From NCBI GenBank assembly GCA_965112155.1, contig OZ218105.1: DNA of 64,000 nt. One strand, written 5' to 3'. Numbering within the stretch: position 1 is the first letter of the stretch; every line of letters begins with the position of its first letter. The DNA is from Podarcis liolepis (lineage: Eukaryota). Below, in pieces: positions 49,415 through 62,470 of this stretch. The notes under the pieces are model-generated. The model worked only from the letters and a program-made list of their open reading frames with translations, was not told where the DNA came from and searched no databases. The translations under genes were made by a program, and so were the position numbers.

Positions 49415-52400
49415 TACTTAAAGGTAAAACCACTTGGAGCATGGGGCTTCTAGTGTGGAGGGTGAAACTGGGGCCAAACCTACCCCTGGGAGAAAAGTCG
49501 TGCCACTTTCAGCATTCAGCCTCTGCGGCAGTCCCCGGATGCTGTGAAAAAATAATTTTGTAATCTTGTCCTCACCTGCTTTAATGCATTTTTCTCCCCT
49601 TGAAAAGAGCAGAAAACAAAGTTTGTAGCTGAAGTACTCTCCCAAGATCATTGTCAATAAAACATTCTGTCAGACATCCTCAGTAAAGTGACTTAATGGA
49701 TTTTTTCCAGTATATATGGAAGCAATACTGTTAAACCCAAGTTATTCCTTTCTGCACTAAGTACATCAAATGATGTTGCAAGTGGATTTAAAACATTTCT
49801 ACCATGCTGTCTTGCAAGTCAGTCTTTACATTTACCTGTTAACCAGAGGTTTCTGACAATGGCAACATTCAGTGTTCCCCAATAAGATATGGAAATTGGA
49901 TACTCATAGGGCTGTTTTGTTTATTCAGTCACTGTGGTTACAGAATATCCTGATAATTTATGTGATTTGATGAAATACACACAGATAAGCAAATGTGAGT
50001 CTAAGCAGGAACAAATATATAGTGAGGAAACTGATCCAAGACAGAGGTTAACCTTGGAGTTTCATGAGGGAACTGTTAACCACGTTTATTGTTTAAAACA
50101 CAGAAGCAAAAATCATATCAAATCAGAATTAATTCATTTTTAAAGCCAATCTGTGTGAAGGCTAAAAGAAGTGATGCATCTCTGAAGAGCTTTTCCTTTC
50201 ATTAACAGAAATGGATAAGATGTACAAGTATCATCATATTCTTTCTGAATGTACTCAGGTAAATATAAAAACATTCTAAGACACTTTTTAAAAAATATGT
50301 CTGATCTAACTACAATTATATGCACTTGTTATGTCTTAATAACTGTCCAAAATTAATTATGAAACTGACCAATTTGTATGAGATAAAACAAAACACGCTG
50401 GGAAAATGTCTCCCAGAAAATAAAATATTGCAGCAAAAAGTAACAAAAGAAAAATTTTAGAGTGTATCAGAAGGCTTTACTAAGGAGAGCTCTTTTATAT
50501 TACAGTTAAGATATCTGATATGGTGGCACAATATGTCAGTAAACACAACATGTTCTGCACTCATGAGAGCTGATTCTGCAGGTGAAAAACAAAACTATAT
50601 CCAGGCTTTTGTTTTTCATGCACAAAAAACCCATTGTGGTCATTATTAACAAATAAAAAGATCTTTTGTTATTGCAATGTAATGTGAATCTGAAAACCCT
50701 GACTAGCTATCTGCATTTTAATGCCAGTATAAAGGTAAATTCACAAAGTACCATGTGTGGTACCAGTTCCATTCAGCAACATTTTGCACATGAGTATATC
50801 TGGGCTCAGAGACGGGAACTAGAGACCCACATTGGAGCATTATCTTGCCTTTGCCACATTAGTTGAAAACAATTTCCACTGATTTAAATAGAACTTCCTT
50901 CCCAGTAATGTTAGGACTGGAGTACCGGGGTGTAATTCATACAGCAATCAGAATCCCTGGATTTAAGTCACTTTGGTCCCAGTGATCACACTGTGACTAG
51001 CTCACTTTAACTGCAAGGATGAGGCATAATTGGGTTGTAGTTGCTGTCACTGAGTTGTCAAGCAACTTGTCAAGAAGAAGCCAAAAATCTGACAGACAGC
51101 GAGATCCCACTGGCCATCTAAGCGCAGCAATCCTGCTACCCAGGCCAATTTAAAATGACAGTCATACAGTGTCACAGGTATGGCAAAATACTTCTACATT
51201 ATTTGTGGCTCTGCTTTACCCACAAGAGTTTGCTTCAGATACATTGAATTATACATAACTCAAGTTGATGGAAAAGGCCAAATATTTAGTTTACCTTTCT
51301 CTTAGGGCATCAGTTGGCAGATTTGTGGTAGTCCTGTGTTCCACAGATTTTAAAGCTAGCCAAAATCATTAGCGGTAGAACTGGATGTAGATATAAAAAA
51401 TTAAGATAAACATTTCAAGATTTCTAAACACATTTCAAGACATACACACACATATAGGAGGGTATGACATACTTCCAGCATACATGAATGTGTACACATT
51501 GGGCTGTATCAAACATTGCTGCTATATGAGTGGAATAGGCTTCTTCTCATGCAACAGGCCTTTCCCTTATTCATCTCTCCCCTGCAGCCCTTCTACTCAA
51601 CCTTTAACATCTACTCCAGATGGTTCACAGGACCCTCTGGATCTTGTTTTGGGGGCACATGTAGGAGCATGATTTCAGATGCAAAGTGGAAGGGCAGCAG
51701 GACTGGAGCCCAAATCTCCCGCTTGACAATGCAACTACCCAATGACAGAACCACAGATGCACACAGAACTCAGACTCATAATCATAGCCCTTGACATGCC
51801 CCTGTATAGAGTGCAGCCATATACACCAGAACCAAAGCATACCAATTCTTGGAACCCCATCGCTCCAGTATACAAAAAGGTCAAGGTTCAATATCCGTGG
51901 CCATGGTCCCACAGAGAAAAGGAATGCTAAGGGTCACACCTGCGCCCACATTTCTGAGGCAGGACTGTGATATAGGCAATCTGCAGAAATGGTGCAAAGA
52001 ACAGCAGTCTCAAGTAACTGCTGGCTTCGGGATGCTTTTCATTCCACCGAGCCACCTTTATCCTAACAAGTCTTTTGATCATTTGGCTGATTGCTGATAG
52101 TGTGCTGTTGTCATTGCAAAAAGAAGGAATTATTTATGGATGTAATTCCTAAGATAAAGTCCTCTGCTCTCCCTTCCTCCCACTCACCCAAACACACACT
52201 GCAACACACACACACATGTGCCCCATGTGCAAATATCATTGTGTGGCACATATTTTCCTGCCTGCTGTGGTCTTCTGAAACAGGGGGCTTAGCAGTGATT
52301 ATATGCTGCCCAACAGGCATAACTTATGGATGGGATCGGTCTCATTCGTTTTTATTCAAAGCCAGAAAAGCAATAGGAGAAGGAAGAGAAAAGAGCAAGG

Positions 52401-54783
52401 GAGGGAGGATGGGAGGGCAGGGGAAACCATCATTGTAGCAGAAGACGAACTAATGATTTCAGATCCCAGTGTGCAAGAAATAGGATAAAGACTCCTCTTC
52501 ACAACACTACCGCAAACCTTAAATAATGGAGAAATTATCTAATCAAAGTGGATAAAGAGCTTTTTTTAAAGGCAATGAACAGACTGCATATAATGAAAGA
52601 AATAACAAGGAGGGTTGTATGAATGCAATAATAGTAGTATTTTAAAAAATTAAAAAAAGATCACCACTTGCTAGAGAAGATTTCCTAATGGACCTATTTG
52701 AGAGAATAATAGATAGAAACTCTGAGTTTTCCACAGCTCCTTCCTGTGTCTCCTGAGAGCCTAGAATATAAACTCAAAGAAAAAGTTTTTGCAAGCCACA
52801 CACGTTAGGCCCATAATTGCAGACTCCTTCCTCTTGGGTACTCATGAGAAAGAGCTTCAACTGTGTATGGGGAGGGGGGGGTGTTACCTCTGTTTCCATT
52901 TGCTCAATCACCAGCATTTAATTTGCAAAAAGTTAAAAAGGTTATTCTTGCTCAACAAATTCTGTTTATCATATAACAATATCTCATGTGACTGAAAATG
53001 CTTTTGAATGCAATTACCTAAAGTCTTCATTTGTTTTAGTCATTTGAAAAGAAAAAGTTTGATTTTCCTAGGGCCTCAGCTGGCAGAATGAAGAACCTAG
53101 TTCAGGGAGCAGATGCTGAGAGGAGGGCATGGCAGTGAGATACTGGAGGACAGAGCTGTGTGTGCCTACTCTGTCCTCCCTAAGCAGAAAATGCTGACCC
53201 AATGCCAACGTCAAAGTAAGATTCAGCTGCCTGATGGATTTTGCATGTGAAATGAGAAGGGGGAGAAACATATTGTCCTTGCCTCAGGATGAAGAATGTC
53301 TTGGGCTGGAACTACCAAGCCGCATAATCTCCAGCAAGAACAGAGCCTGTGTGAATCATTTGCCATCAAAAAAACAGCCCTGAGAATCCCTTTCTGCCAC
53401 TGTGCTGGGAACAGTAGCAGACAGCATGGTCTGACCTCAAAGTCACATCACTGCTTCTTAGCAGAAAGTAGATAGGGGGAGGTGAAAAGGTGGCAAGGTT
53501 GGCATGGCGCAAATGCACTCACAGTCCCAATCTGATGCTCCCACTGATGTGTTTGCACCATGCTGACCTTGCTCCTCCCTAGCTAACTTCCAGTAACCAA
53601 CCAGAGATCAGGTGAGTGGTGATGTCACACCAAAACCTCAGCTACTAGTTGGGAAATATCTGCTACTTCATAACCCTCCTGTCTTCTTAAAGATAAAATG
53701 TCTCACTTGAAAAATTCGTAGGTGGGCTGTGGGGATTGTGGCTCCTGTGTTTGAGCAGGGGGGGGTCCTATTTAATTGCTTCCCTCATCCTTATTTACAA
53801 CCCCCAAAAAATAAACATTACATTTTAAACTTGCAACAAAGGTCATATCAAATAACCTTTCAGTTGGAGAAATAGAATGCAGATACTAACCTATCCCACA
53901 TATTTCCCCATACTGCCACCTGCACAATCTAGTATCAGAGAATCTAGTATCACGTTTTACAATTCCCATATTTCTCAGTGACCTGATTTACAATGACAAT
54001 GCAATGGCATTGTTAGAGCAAATTAACCAGGCTGATCAAGAAAACCATCTGATTTGACTGGGTCTGCATGGCATTTTTGGTGAGGGGGAATGGAGAAAAG
54101 AAGAAGGAAAAGTTCAGTACTATTTGATATTGAGCATTATCAGCACATTACTGTATTGTAAGCCTTTTATGCTATATAATAAACGGAGCTGTCGATAAGT
54201 TAGCAAACCTCATTATCATAGTGCTAAGCAATTACACCACACTGTTCATTTTCAAAGCACTCTACAAAATTAATTTGTTTAATCAAACACATTTTAAAAT
54301 TGTGAGGCACCAATTTTCCTCATCTTTATGATGCTTCTGTTCCCATGGTCATATTAACTGAACACTTAATATTCATTTTCTAGCTAACATTTAGGTTCAA
54401 GCTAATTTGAATGATTGACTAGAAACGTTTAGTATGCAATAATGTTGCTCCAACTTACAGGCAGGCTGGAATCATTTCACTTTGATAAAGTACCAGCCAA
54501 TGTGCAAGCAGAGGCTCCAGGGCACATACAGAGTTCTTGACGCAGCAGTGAAATGGCTTGTTCATAGCATGTTTACTATATCTGTGGGTAACAGCTTTTC
54601 CTTTTCATTTCATTACAGTGATTTCTGAGAGTTTTATTAGGTTGTGTCTGAAACATTGCTTGTAATTCACTAGGGATCCTTTTTTAACGAAGCAGAAAGG
54701 TAGGATACAACTCTTTGATTATGGATATTTTCTTCTCAATGTTGAGGAATTTATTGCATGCACAATCTCTTGGCATGGCGCAA

Positions 54784-54942
54784 AAGAAGCTGCCTTATAC
54801 TGAGTCAGACTGTTGCTCTATCTAGCTTAGTACTGTCCACACTGACTGGCAGCATCTCCCCAGGGTTTCAGACAGGAAGTCTTTCCCCGCCCTGGGACCC
54901 TTGGCATGCAAGGCAGATGCTCTACCACTGAGCTGTGATCCT
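54784..54942 (-). mobile_element. tRNA-derived SINE (degraded relatives at ~28088-28152 and ~61775-61832)
   Basis: Minus-strand head AGCTCAGTGGTAGAGCATCTGCCTTGCATGCC (A-box, TGC anticodon-like); body ..ctgactcagtataaggcagcttc. Confidence 0.75.
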
Positions 54943-55088
54943 TCGACCAAAATGGTCATAGAAATGTCTGGTGCTGAAGAGAATGCTGTAATCGTTGCTC
55001 AAAATGGGACACCATTAAGCAGTGTTTAGGGAGCAGGCAGCTCTATCATATCTTTGGATATATTCATGTTTATTTAGTTGAATGAGTA

Positions 55089-55436
55089 ACGGTAAAGGTA
55101 AAGGGACCCCTGACCATTAGGTCCAGTCGTGGCCGACTCTGGGGTTGCGGCGCTCATCTCGCTTTATTGGCCGAGGGAGCTGGTGTACAGCTTCTGGGTC
55201 ATGTGGCCAGCATGACTAAGCTGCTTCTGGTGAATCAGAGCAGCACACGGAAACGCCGTTTACCTTCCCGCCGGAGCAGTACCTACTTGCACTTTGATGT
55301 GCTTTCGAACTGCTAGGTTGGCAGGAGCAGGGATCGAGCAACGGGAGCTCACCCCGTCGCAGGGATTTGAACCACCGACCTTCTGATCGTCAAGTCCTAG
55401 GCTCTGTGGTTTAACCCATAGCACCACCCGCGTCCC
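55089..55436 (-). mobile_element. Sauria SINE, full length
   Basis: Head GGGACGCGGGTGGTGCTATGGGTTAAACC, (ACCTTT)n tail, 16-bp TSD TTTAGTTGAATGAGTA / TTTAGTTGAACGAATA (2 mismatches); 8-nt internal deletion relative to the other two copies. Confidence 0.95.
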
Positions 55437-58400
55437 TTTAGTTGAACGAATAGGGGCCCCCAAAGGGCTGTCCACAGACTACAAATCTTCCCCTGGGACC
55501 AAGTGACACATTCTCATACAGGACTCTAAATTAGGTGGTACTGGGGGTTTGGATCAACTCTACATGGTGGCTACCTCAAATAAATTAATTATGTAAGTTG
55601 ACACCTGCCTCTTTGTTCATCAGCTGCAGATTAGATATCTATCAGTGCAAACTGTTGGTTGGTTGAGAGAGAGAGACAGAGATACCAAGTGATTTCTAGG
55701 ACTCATTTGATGTAGACAGGGATGTTTTTAATCATTACATGGACATCTGAGTTTAGCTACCTTTCATTGCAACAAAAAATGTTGTCCACAACAAAAACTA
55801 TTCAGTCAGAATCCTGAAGCATGACAGTTCATTATTTTAAGCAGCAATAAGAAGTGAATTCTTCTCCTGTCAATCAAGCAGGCATAGTTGGTTGCATCTT
55901 ATGCCAACTTAACTCGGGTTGCTCAGGTAACTGTTGTTGGTGGACACCTGGAATTAGATTACAGTGAATTTCTCTTCACATTTTAATTCCTGTTTAGAGT
56001 TTGAAAGCTCGACCTTCCGGGTCAAAAACTAATTTTGAAGCAGATCCACCTTGAGAATCAAGTGAGGGGCAGAACCTCATTCTGTATCAATTGCACAATG
56101 GTCAGCTGCTATTGTCACATATACTGCTCGTCCATGCCCTCTTTTGTCTCTAGGATTGGCAACTAAGGAAGGGTGAGTGGGATGACTGCGCCCATCAGGA
56201 TTTGGCTCAAGCAACATCAGCTCTCAAAGCTTGTTTTATTTACACAGACCATATTGTTAATAGTGTTTCAATGCTGCTCTTTTGAGTGTACATTTGCGCC
56301 ATGTTAGGATGGCACAATTCTAGTCACAATTCAATTTACCAGTTTACGGCAGAAGTGTATTTGATTTCCCACCACCTTTGCTATTCTCACTATTTCTTCT
56401 TAGCAACATACAATTTTATTAACTGCTTGATTTTCAGAAGCAAGATCTCGTGGATTTAAAATGAGAATTGCCCCCTCTAAATCAACTTGGTATCTCACTT
56501 ATCTCTGGATTACATTGTCTCCTATAGATTATTTATTCTTGTTGGTTGTTCATTCATCTCTCGTTTCATGGAACATGGATTGTCCTATCTTGCCAGCAAT
56601 TGTTCATTTGTGTCTGACAGCTTTGCTTTGACTTTGGTTCTTCTTAAGATCCCTGGGGCAGCATGACCTAGAAATAGCCAAACGGCAGCTGAAATGAAAA
56701 GAGGTCAAGATTAGTAGTTTCCAGAGTGATTGCAGAATAACATTAAGCATAATGGGTTTTAATTTATAGAGATCTGACTAATAAGTGACATGCAAATGTT
56801 CCCTTGAAGCTACTAGGCCTTTTATTAGTCCATTTTGATGCAGCCTACAAACATTACTTTATCAAGTTCAATGCCATGATTTCATCATCCACTGATGCCA
56901 ACGGTGGGAAACCTGTTGCCCTCTTGCCATTGCTGCACTGCAGTGCCCATTATCCCCATTAACTCCCATTAACTATCCATTATCACTTGTGCTGCATAAG
57001 AACTAGAGATGACTGCATCTTCCAAAGATTGGCTTAAGATTTTTCCATCACCATCCCATCCCTCATGGGTAGAAATCATGGAAACATGCCTGGGACGAAC
57101 CTGAAAATCTTGGAAGGCTTGTGCACTGCTCTATCTCTGTTGCCTTCACCTCTTAACCAACCTCTTAACCCTAACCATCTCCTCCCTTCTTTTGGTGCGG
57201 TTGCACCAGCAGGAGGAACAACAGAGGCTGGGTACACACCATGCCTTTAAAACATATTCAAAGCATATCCCTTTCCCCTCAAAAGAGTCCTGGGAACTCT
57301 AGTTTACCCTTCACAAAACTACAGTTCTGATAATTCTTAACAAACTGCAGTTCCCTGGATTACTTGAGGAGAGGGAATGTGCTCTGAACATGTTTTACAG
57401 GTGTGACAATTACACAACCAGAAAGGGCAGGGGGGGCTTCCTCCACCTCTTCCCTCCCATCACACAGCCCAAATGACAAAATAGAAAGAGCCCCTGCAAG
57501 GATTTCACCTTCCATAGTGCTCTGGGCCATGTCCTGCTATTAGTGTGGGAAAACTGTGTAACAGAGTGGTGGGATGTGGAGTGGATTCTTATGAACTCTG
57601 ACTCCAAAGCAGACTCACCTGATCTGCACCAGCCAGATCAGAGCAAGAGTCCGCTTTGGAAACTGCAGTCCATCAGATTCCATTATACATTATAACTACA
57701 CCTCCGGTAGTTCACATACTGACTTTAACAAAAGGAGGAAATGTAAAGAAAAATGGCATGTGTTGACTTAAAACCACTTTTACCAATTATTTCCAGTACC
57801 AAACAAGAAGTTAAATTTGTTTGTATGTTGCAGAGGCAGTAAGCGAGGAAGGATTGCAGCTGAATAAAGCATTTGTTTGGAAGGCAGTGTTCAGCTTTTG
57901 TTCATCAGAAATTCAAATAGAAGAATAAATTATTCATATTATGACTAGAATACATATCTGCTCACACAGAGAACAACAATGTCAATAATTATGTTTTATT
58001 ACTCCATCTGTCTTATAGCTGTACGGTTCCCTTCCATACTTTCTTCTACCTCTCAGAGGGAGGGGGGGGAAACACAGAATGAAAAATCTGATATATGCAG
58101 GACAGTTTACACACCTGTATATTTGCATGTACATGTGGAATGGTGAGCAAATCTGTCAACTTTGCTTTCTCTAACTTTTTCATTTTTCTGCCCTTAAGTT
58201 CAGTTATCCAGATTTCACATCAGTTTGCATTATTATTTTTTATGTCCTCATCATCAGCATTTTAGGCAAACTTCTCCTCATGTACACAGTGCAGTCTTGT
58301 CTAATATACATATTTTTGCAAAGCCACTTCCTCTAATACAGTTTTTAGTAGTGTTCTCACTTTTATGCACACGTTACCTTATTATTTGCATTTTTGTACA

Positions 58401-59477
58401 CATTACTTGGTTGGAGAATTGTGTTGCAAAATTCAAAGAAATGCAAATTTCAAAATGTGGCTGTGTTCAGAAATGGCAAATTAGGTATGTGCCCTTAAAT
58501 GTGCATACAAATTTAATTTTTACGTCATCCATGTGTAGGAGTGAGCATTTCTCAATCAGAAGACTCTTTTGCTTGTATAACCTGCATGTGCAAGACACAG
58601 GAATGAGCCCTGGGATAGCTCCTGCAGCAGTTTGTACTCTACATTATTCAGACCCCTTTCTCACTGACCTCACACAGAGCTCATAAAACTTCCAGGCTGC
58701 TACCACAGATGCAGTAATCTGAATTGTTTCTCTTTAGAATACATGTGTTTAAATTTCTAGAGTTAAAAGTATGCTTCACTCCTTTCAGCTAATTAGACCC
58801 CATATTAGGCCTGGCACTCAAACTTTGAGATGCAAAGTACCCTTTTAAGCATTGCATCCCATCAAATAGCTGTAATATATTGAAAATGGACTACTAAGTA
58901 ATATGTTAACGCCAACATTAAAAAAAAAAGTTTAGGCAATATATTGTAATTGATTTTTTTCTTTTTTTAAAGAATAAATTTTAAAGCATCCCTGTTCTTT
59001 TGATTTAGTACCAGTTTGAGGATTCCATTGCTTTTTCTTCAGCCAAAGTATAATCACATTTGAATTATAGCCTTCTAGAGGACCTATGGTTGTGGAAATG
59101 TGAAGGTACTGCTTTACTGTGTCTCCACTAATGGTGGCCTTGTGTGGTGATTTAACACAGTCTAATAAATCTTTCTCAGACTACAATGACCCAAGGCTAA
59201 TTCTGACAGCAACATTAAGTCAGATAATTTTATCAGAGCCTTGAGCAGTTCTGTTAGTTTCCTTTTTCTAATGTCTTGTATTATGTTACTTCCTCGTGTG
59301 TGGGAGCTGTGGCCCTCTAGAGATGTTGTTGGACAACAACTCCCATCATCCTTGACATCCCCTCATCTCTAACCATTGGCCATGCTGGGTGTAGCTGATG
59401 AGTCCAACAATTTTTGGAGGGTCACAAGGACCTGGTCTCTGTTTAGCATGTCTAGAACAAAAAGAGAGAATTTATGA

Positions 59478-59607
59478 GTTGTGGAACTCTCTCCCCAGGG
59501 AGTTGCATCTATCTCCCATGTGGATGACATTTAGACAGAAACTGAAGACAAATCTGTTCATCCAGGCTTTTGAGGCATGAATGTCAACTGAAATTTCAGT
59601 ATATAAT

Positions 59608-59652
<45 letters not shown>

Positions 59653-59770
59653 TTATAAATGTATTTTTAGATACTTTTATTGTATGGATTGTTTTTCCTG
59701 TGTTGTTCATCATCCTAGACTCCCATGGGAAAGGCAGTATGGAAACTAATAATAATAATAATAATAATAG
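59478..59770 (+). mobile_element. L2 3' remnant with embedded (GT)n and an (AAT)n tail
   Basis: Translates LWNSLPRELHLSPMWMTFRQKLKTNLFIQAF; (GT)n at 59610-59650; (AAT)n at 59748-59769. Confidence 0.8.
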
Positions 59771-60595
59771 TCATGATACTGATGATGTTGGTGGAGATGA
59801 CAGGGGCCAATAAGCAGGCATTCCTACCAATAGTGCAGAGTAGAATGGAAAATGAAACAAATAAACCCCAGAATTTTACCTGTAAAAATAAAAAGAGAGT
59901 CAAATAATCAGCTCTGAATGAAATTTCACTTTGCCACTCGTGTTTAATCCATAACTCATTTGTTTGAATTAGGTACCTGGAAGAACATGTACAGGTCATT
60001 AAAAGGTTACAGGAAAGATGGAAGGAAGAGAGCAGTCAAACTGACAGATTGAAAATATACTGGTTGTCCAATCTGTATTAAAAAGACACAAATACACATT
60101 TTAGCAGTGTTTCCATGAAAGCCTCCAGCAGTCTTAGTCTACATCATCCCACACAGAAGCCTTCAATCACAGTGATAATGGCAAGCAAAGGCAATGAGTC
60201 TGTAAAAGCAAGCGAACATACATGTTGCCTGGACTCTGGTAGTTCTTTTCGTCTGTGAGTTTCCTTTGCTGTTTCTTGTGTGCAAAAGCAAATCAGTTTC
60301 TTTCTTCCTGCTTATGATAACTAGTACCAAAGTCTGATCAGCTGCTCAGTTCCTCATGACACCATACTGATGTTTAAGACTGACAGCCATCTGCTCACCT
60401 GGTCACGCCTGCTGTGCCATTTTGTAGTTCTGTTTAGTTTTAAATAGCAATGAGGCTGCGGCAGAGCAGCTTTGAAACTTAGCCTTGGGAAAAAGTTGAC
60501 AGGAGCTGAACAGCTTCTGGTTCACAATGAATCACCCCAAAGGGTCAAGGGCAAGGAAGAATGAGTCAATGAAAATGCAGGGAGACCTGACAGAA

Positions 60596-60749
60596 ACATA
60601 GAATCATAGAATTGTAGAAGTTGGAAGGGAATCCTGAACGCCATCTAGTCCAATCCCCCACAATGCAGGAATCTTTTGCCCAATGTGGAACTTGAACCCA
60701 TGGCCCTGAGATTAAGAGTCTCATGCTCTCCCAACTGAGGCATCCAACT
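60596..60749 (-). mobile_element. tRNA-Lys(CTT)-derived SINE with a CR1-type 3' end
   Basis: Minus strand CTCAGTTGGGAGAGCATGAGACTCTTAATCTCAGGGCCATGGGTTCAAG resembles tRNA-Lys-CTT; followed by a CR1 tail TTGGACTAGATG..TTCCAAC..ATTCTATGATTCTATG; TSD C(C/T)TGACAGAA (60586-60595 / 60750-60759). Confidence 0.88.
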
Positions 60750-61199
60750 CTTGACAGAAGAAAATACGTGGATCAGATGCCTCTCAGGAGATGTTCTGTA
60801 TAGGTGTTTATCTTCTAATGACAGAAGTATCTGAGCCACGATGGGTGAGATTCAGTGCCTGGTTTTGAAGGAAAGCATGGAAAGAACCAGTGGGTCAGTG
60901 GCTTCCTTGTCCTACTCAGTGCCGCTTCTCTTGGGTGCTGCTTGAGGCAGCTGCCTTACCCCGTGTGACTGGTGGGACACCTCTGGTTATCTCTAGATAC
61001 AAACTCTATAGAAAAGGCAGGGAGGGGCATGTTGGCAATGATAGGACTCTCAAAATCCCAAAAGTGGCAGGCCCTCCACAGAATTGTGGTAGGTGGTGAT
61101 GCCGGAACCTCGAAATAATTTAGTATTGAGGACACGCTATCAGTGAACAACTCATAAACAGTGGGGGTGAGTAAATGGATATTTATTATCAGATTTGAT

Positions 61200-61420
61200 C
61201 TTAAGCAGGGGTGCAGGATATAAGAAGAGGCATAACTTGGCTATTAGAGTTAATCAAACTTAGCTGCAGCAAAGAGGGATTTGGCAAAATGCTGGAAGAA
61301 CAAAGAAGTTAAAGCTCAATGCACTGATGATGCTTTGATAAAAATCGCTGACAAAGTATTATCTATACCAGGCTAAACACAAATTACTTTGGGGACCCGA
61401 TTTCAAAATGGCTATTTGAA
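61200..61420 (+). mobile_element. Ancient L1 ORF2 C-terminal remnant
   Basis: From 61263 translates AAAKRDLAKCWKNKE (cf. L1 AAKxxIAxxWK). Confidence 0.45.
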
Positions 61421-61879
61421 TATAAAGCAGAACAAAAATGATCAAACTTCAAAGGAAGCTGAGAAAACAGAGCTAATCCATTTGACCAGCAGAAGAGGCT
61501 TTTAATTCAATTTGCACCCTTTAGCTTCAGTTAGTCTCCAGTCACTCAATTCCACTCCTCTCCTGGTTCTCCCGAAGTGACTGTGCCACTAAAAATGGAT
61601 GACGAGCCTATTCCACCACTGGCTCAGTACAGTGACATAAAAGTATAGTGAAAACGCTTCATCTTGCAATAGTACTGCTGACTTGAAGCTGTGTGAACTG
61701 TGATATTTCATCTATCAAACTCTTTATCTTCTCCTGATTTTGAGGTTCACCAACATGGTATGGAAGTATGCAATCATAGGAATATGGGAGCCTGCCTTAT
61801 ACTGAGCCAGACCATCTAGATCAGTAGCACTGTTCAAAACCAGGAAAGAAAAGCAAGGAGCTACATAGAGCCTGGAACC

Positions 61880-62470
61880 TGGGTTGTGGGGCGCTGAAAC
61901 ACAATTTCTAATCACATTTGTGCTGCAGTGCGCGGCAGATCCCCCGGCTCAAGCAGCACCAAAAGAGGCACATCTAGGGATGCTCCTGGCAGCGGCGGGG
62001 GACAGAGGGATGCTCAAGGCTGCAAATGCAGAGCTGCTCATTCTACTGCTCCAACTTCTTAAACAGCTTCTCTGCCCGGCCATGTAGAGGGAGGGGGGAG
62101 GAGGGGGAGGCAGCAGGATCACTCCTGCTGCTGCCTCGTGGAGTGAGAGTATTGTTTAGGTTCACAGGATTGTTTGGAGCTACAAGCAGCTCCGTATTTG
62201 CAGCGCCGATGGGAGTCTGAGCAACAGCTCCAAACAGCACCTCGGCAGCATCCACAGCGGCTTGGGGTCGGGGGAGGGGAGTTGCAGCCTCATAGCTCAT
62301 CCATCCCCCACCCCACCCTCTCCTTACAGACCAGGCTGGCAGGAAGCAGCCCGATCTGCAAAGCCAGCTGTCTATGAGGTCCTGCTTCAGCGATCGCCTT
62401 CACGTAGGGTTGGCGGGGAGGAATTTCTCCTGCTATGCCCCCAGTGCCAACCGTGGCAATTTGAATGGAA
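61880..62470. promoter_or_regulatory. GC/CpG-retaining island-like tract, putative cis-regulatory region
   Basis: Locally high GC and CpG with no recognisable TE; CCAAT (ccaatca 62681) and octamer ATGCAAAT (62719) just downstream. Confidence 0.35.

Noticed and set aside
58225-58686. 153-aa plus-strand ORF
   Set aside because: Non-ATG start, and it lies across a degraded DNA-element remnant.
60680-60749. Possible functional tRNA-Lys gene
   Set aside because: Acceptor, D and T arms are mutated; fused to a CR1 tail and bounded by a TSD, so it is a SINE.
62233-62252. REST/NRSE-like site CAGCACCTCGGCAGC
   Set aside because: Lacks the A of the GGACAG half-site and the 5' TT; below a convincing match.
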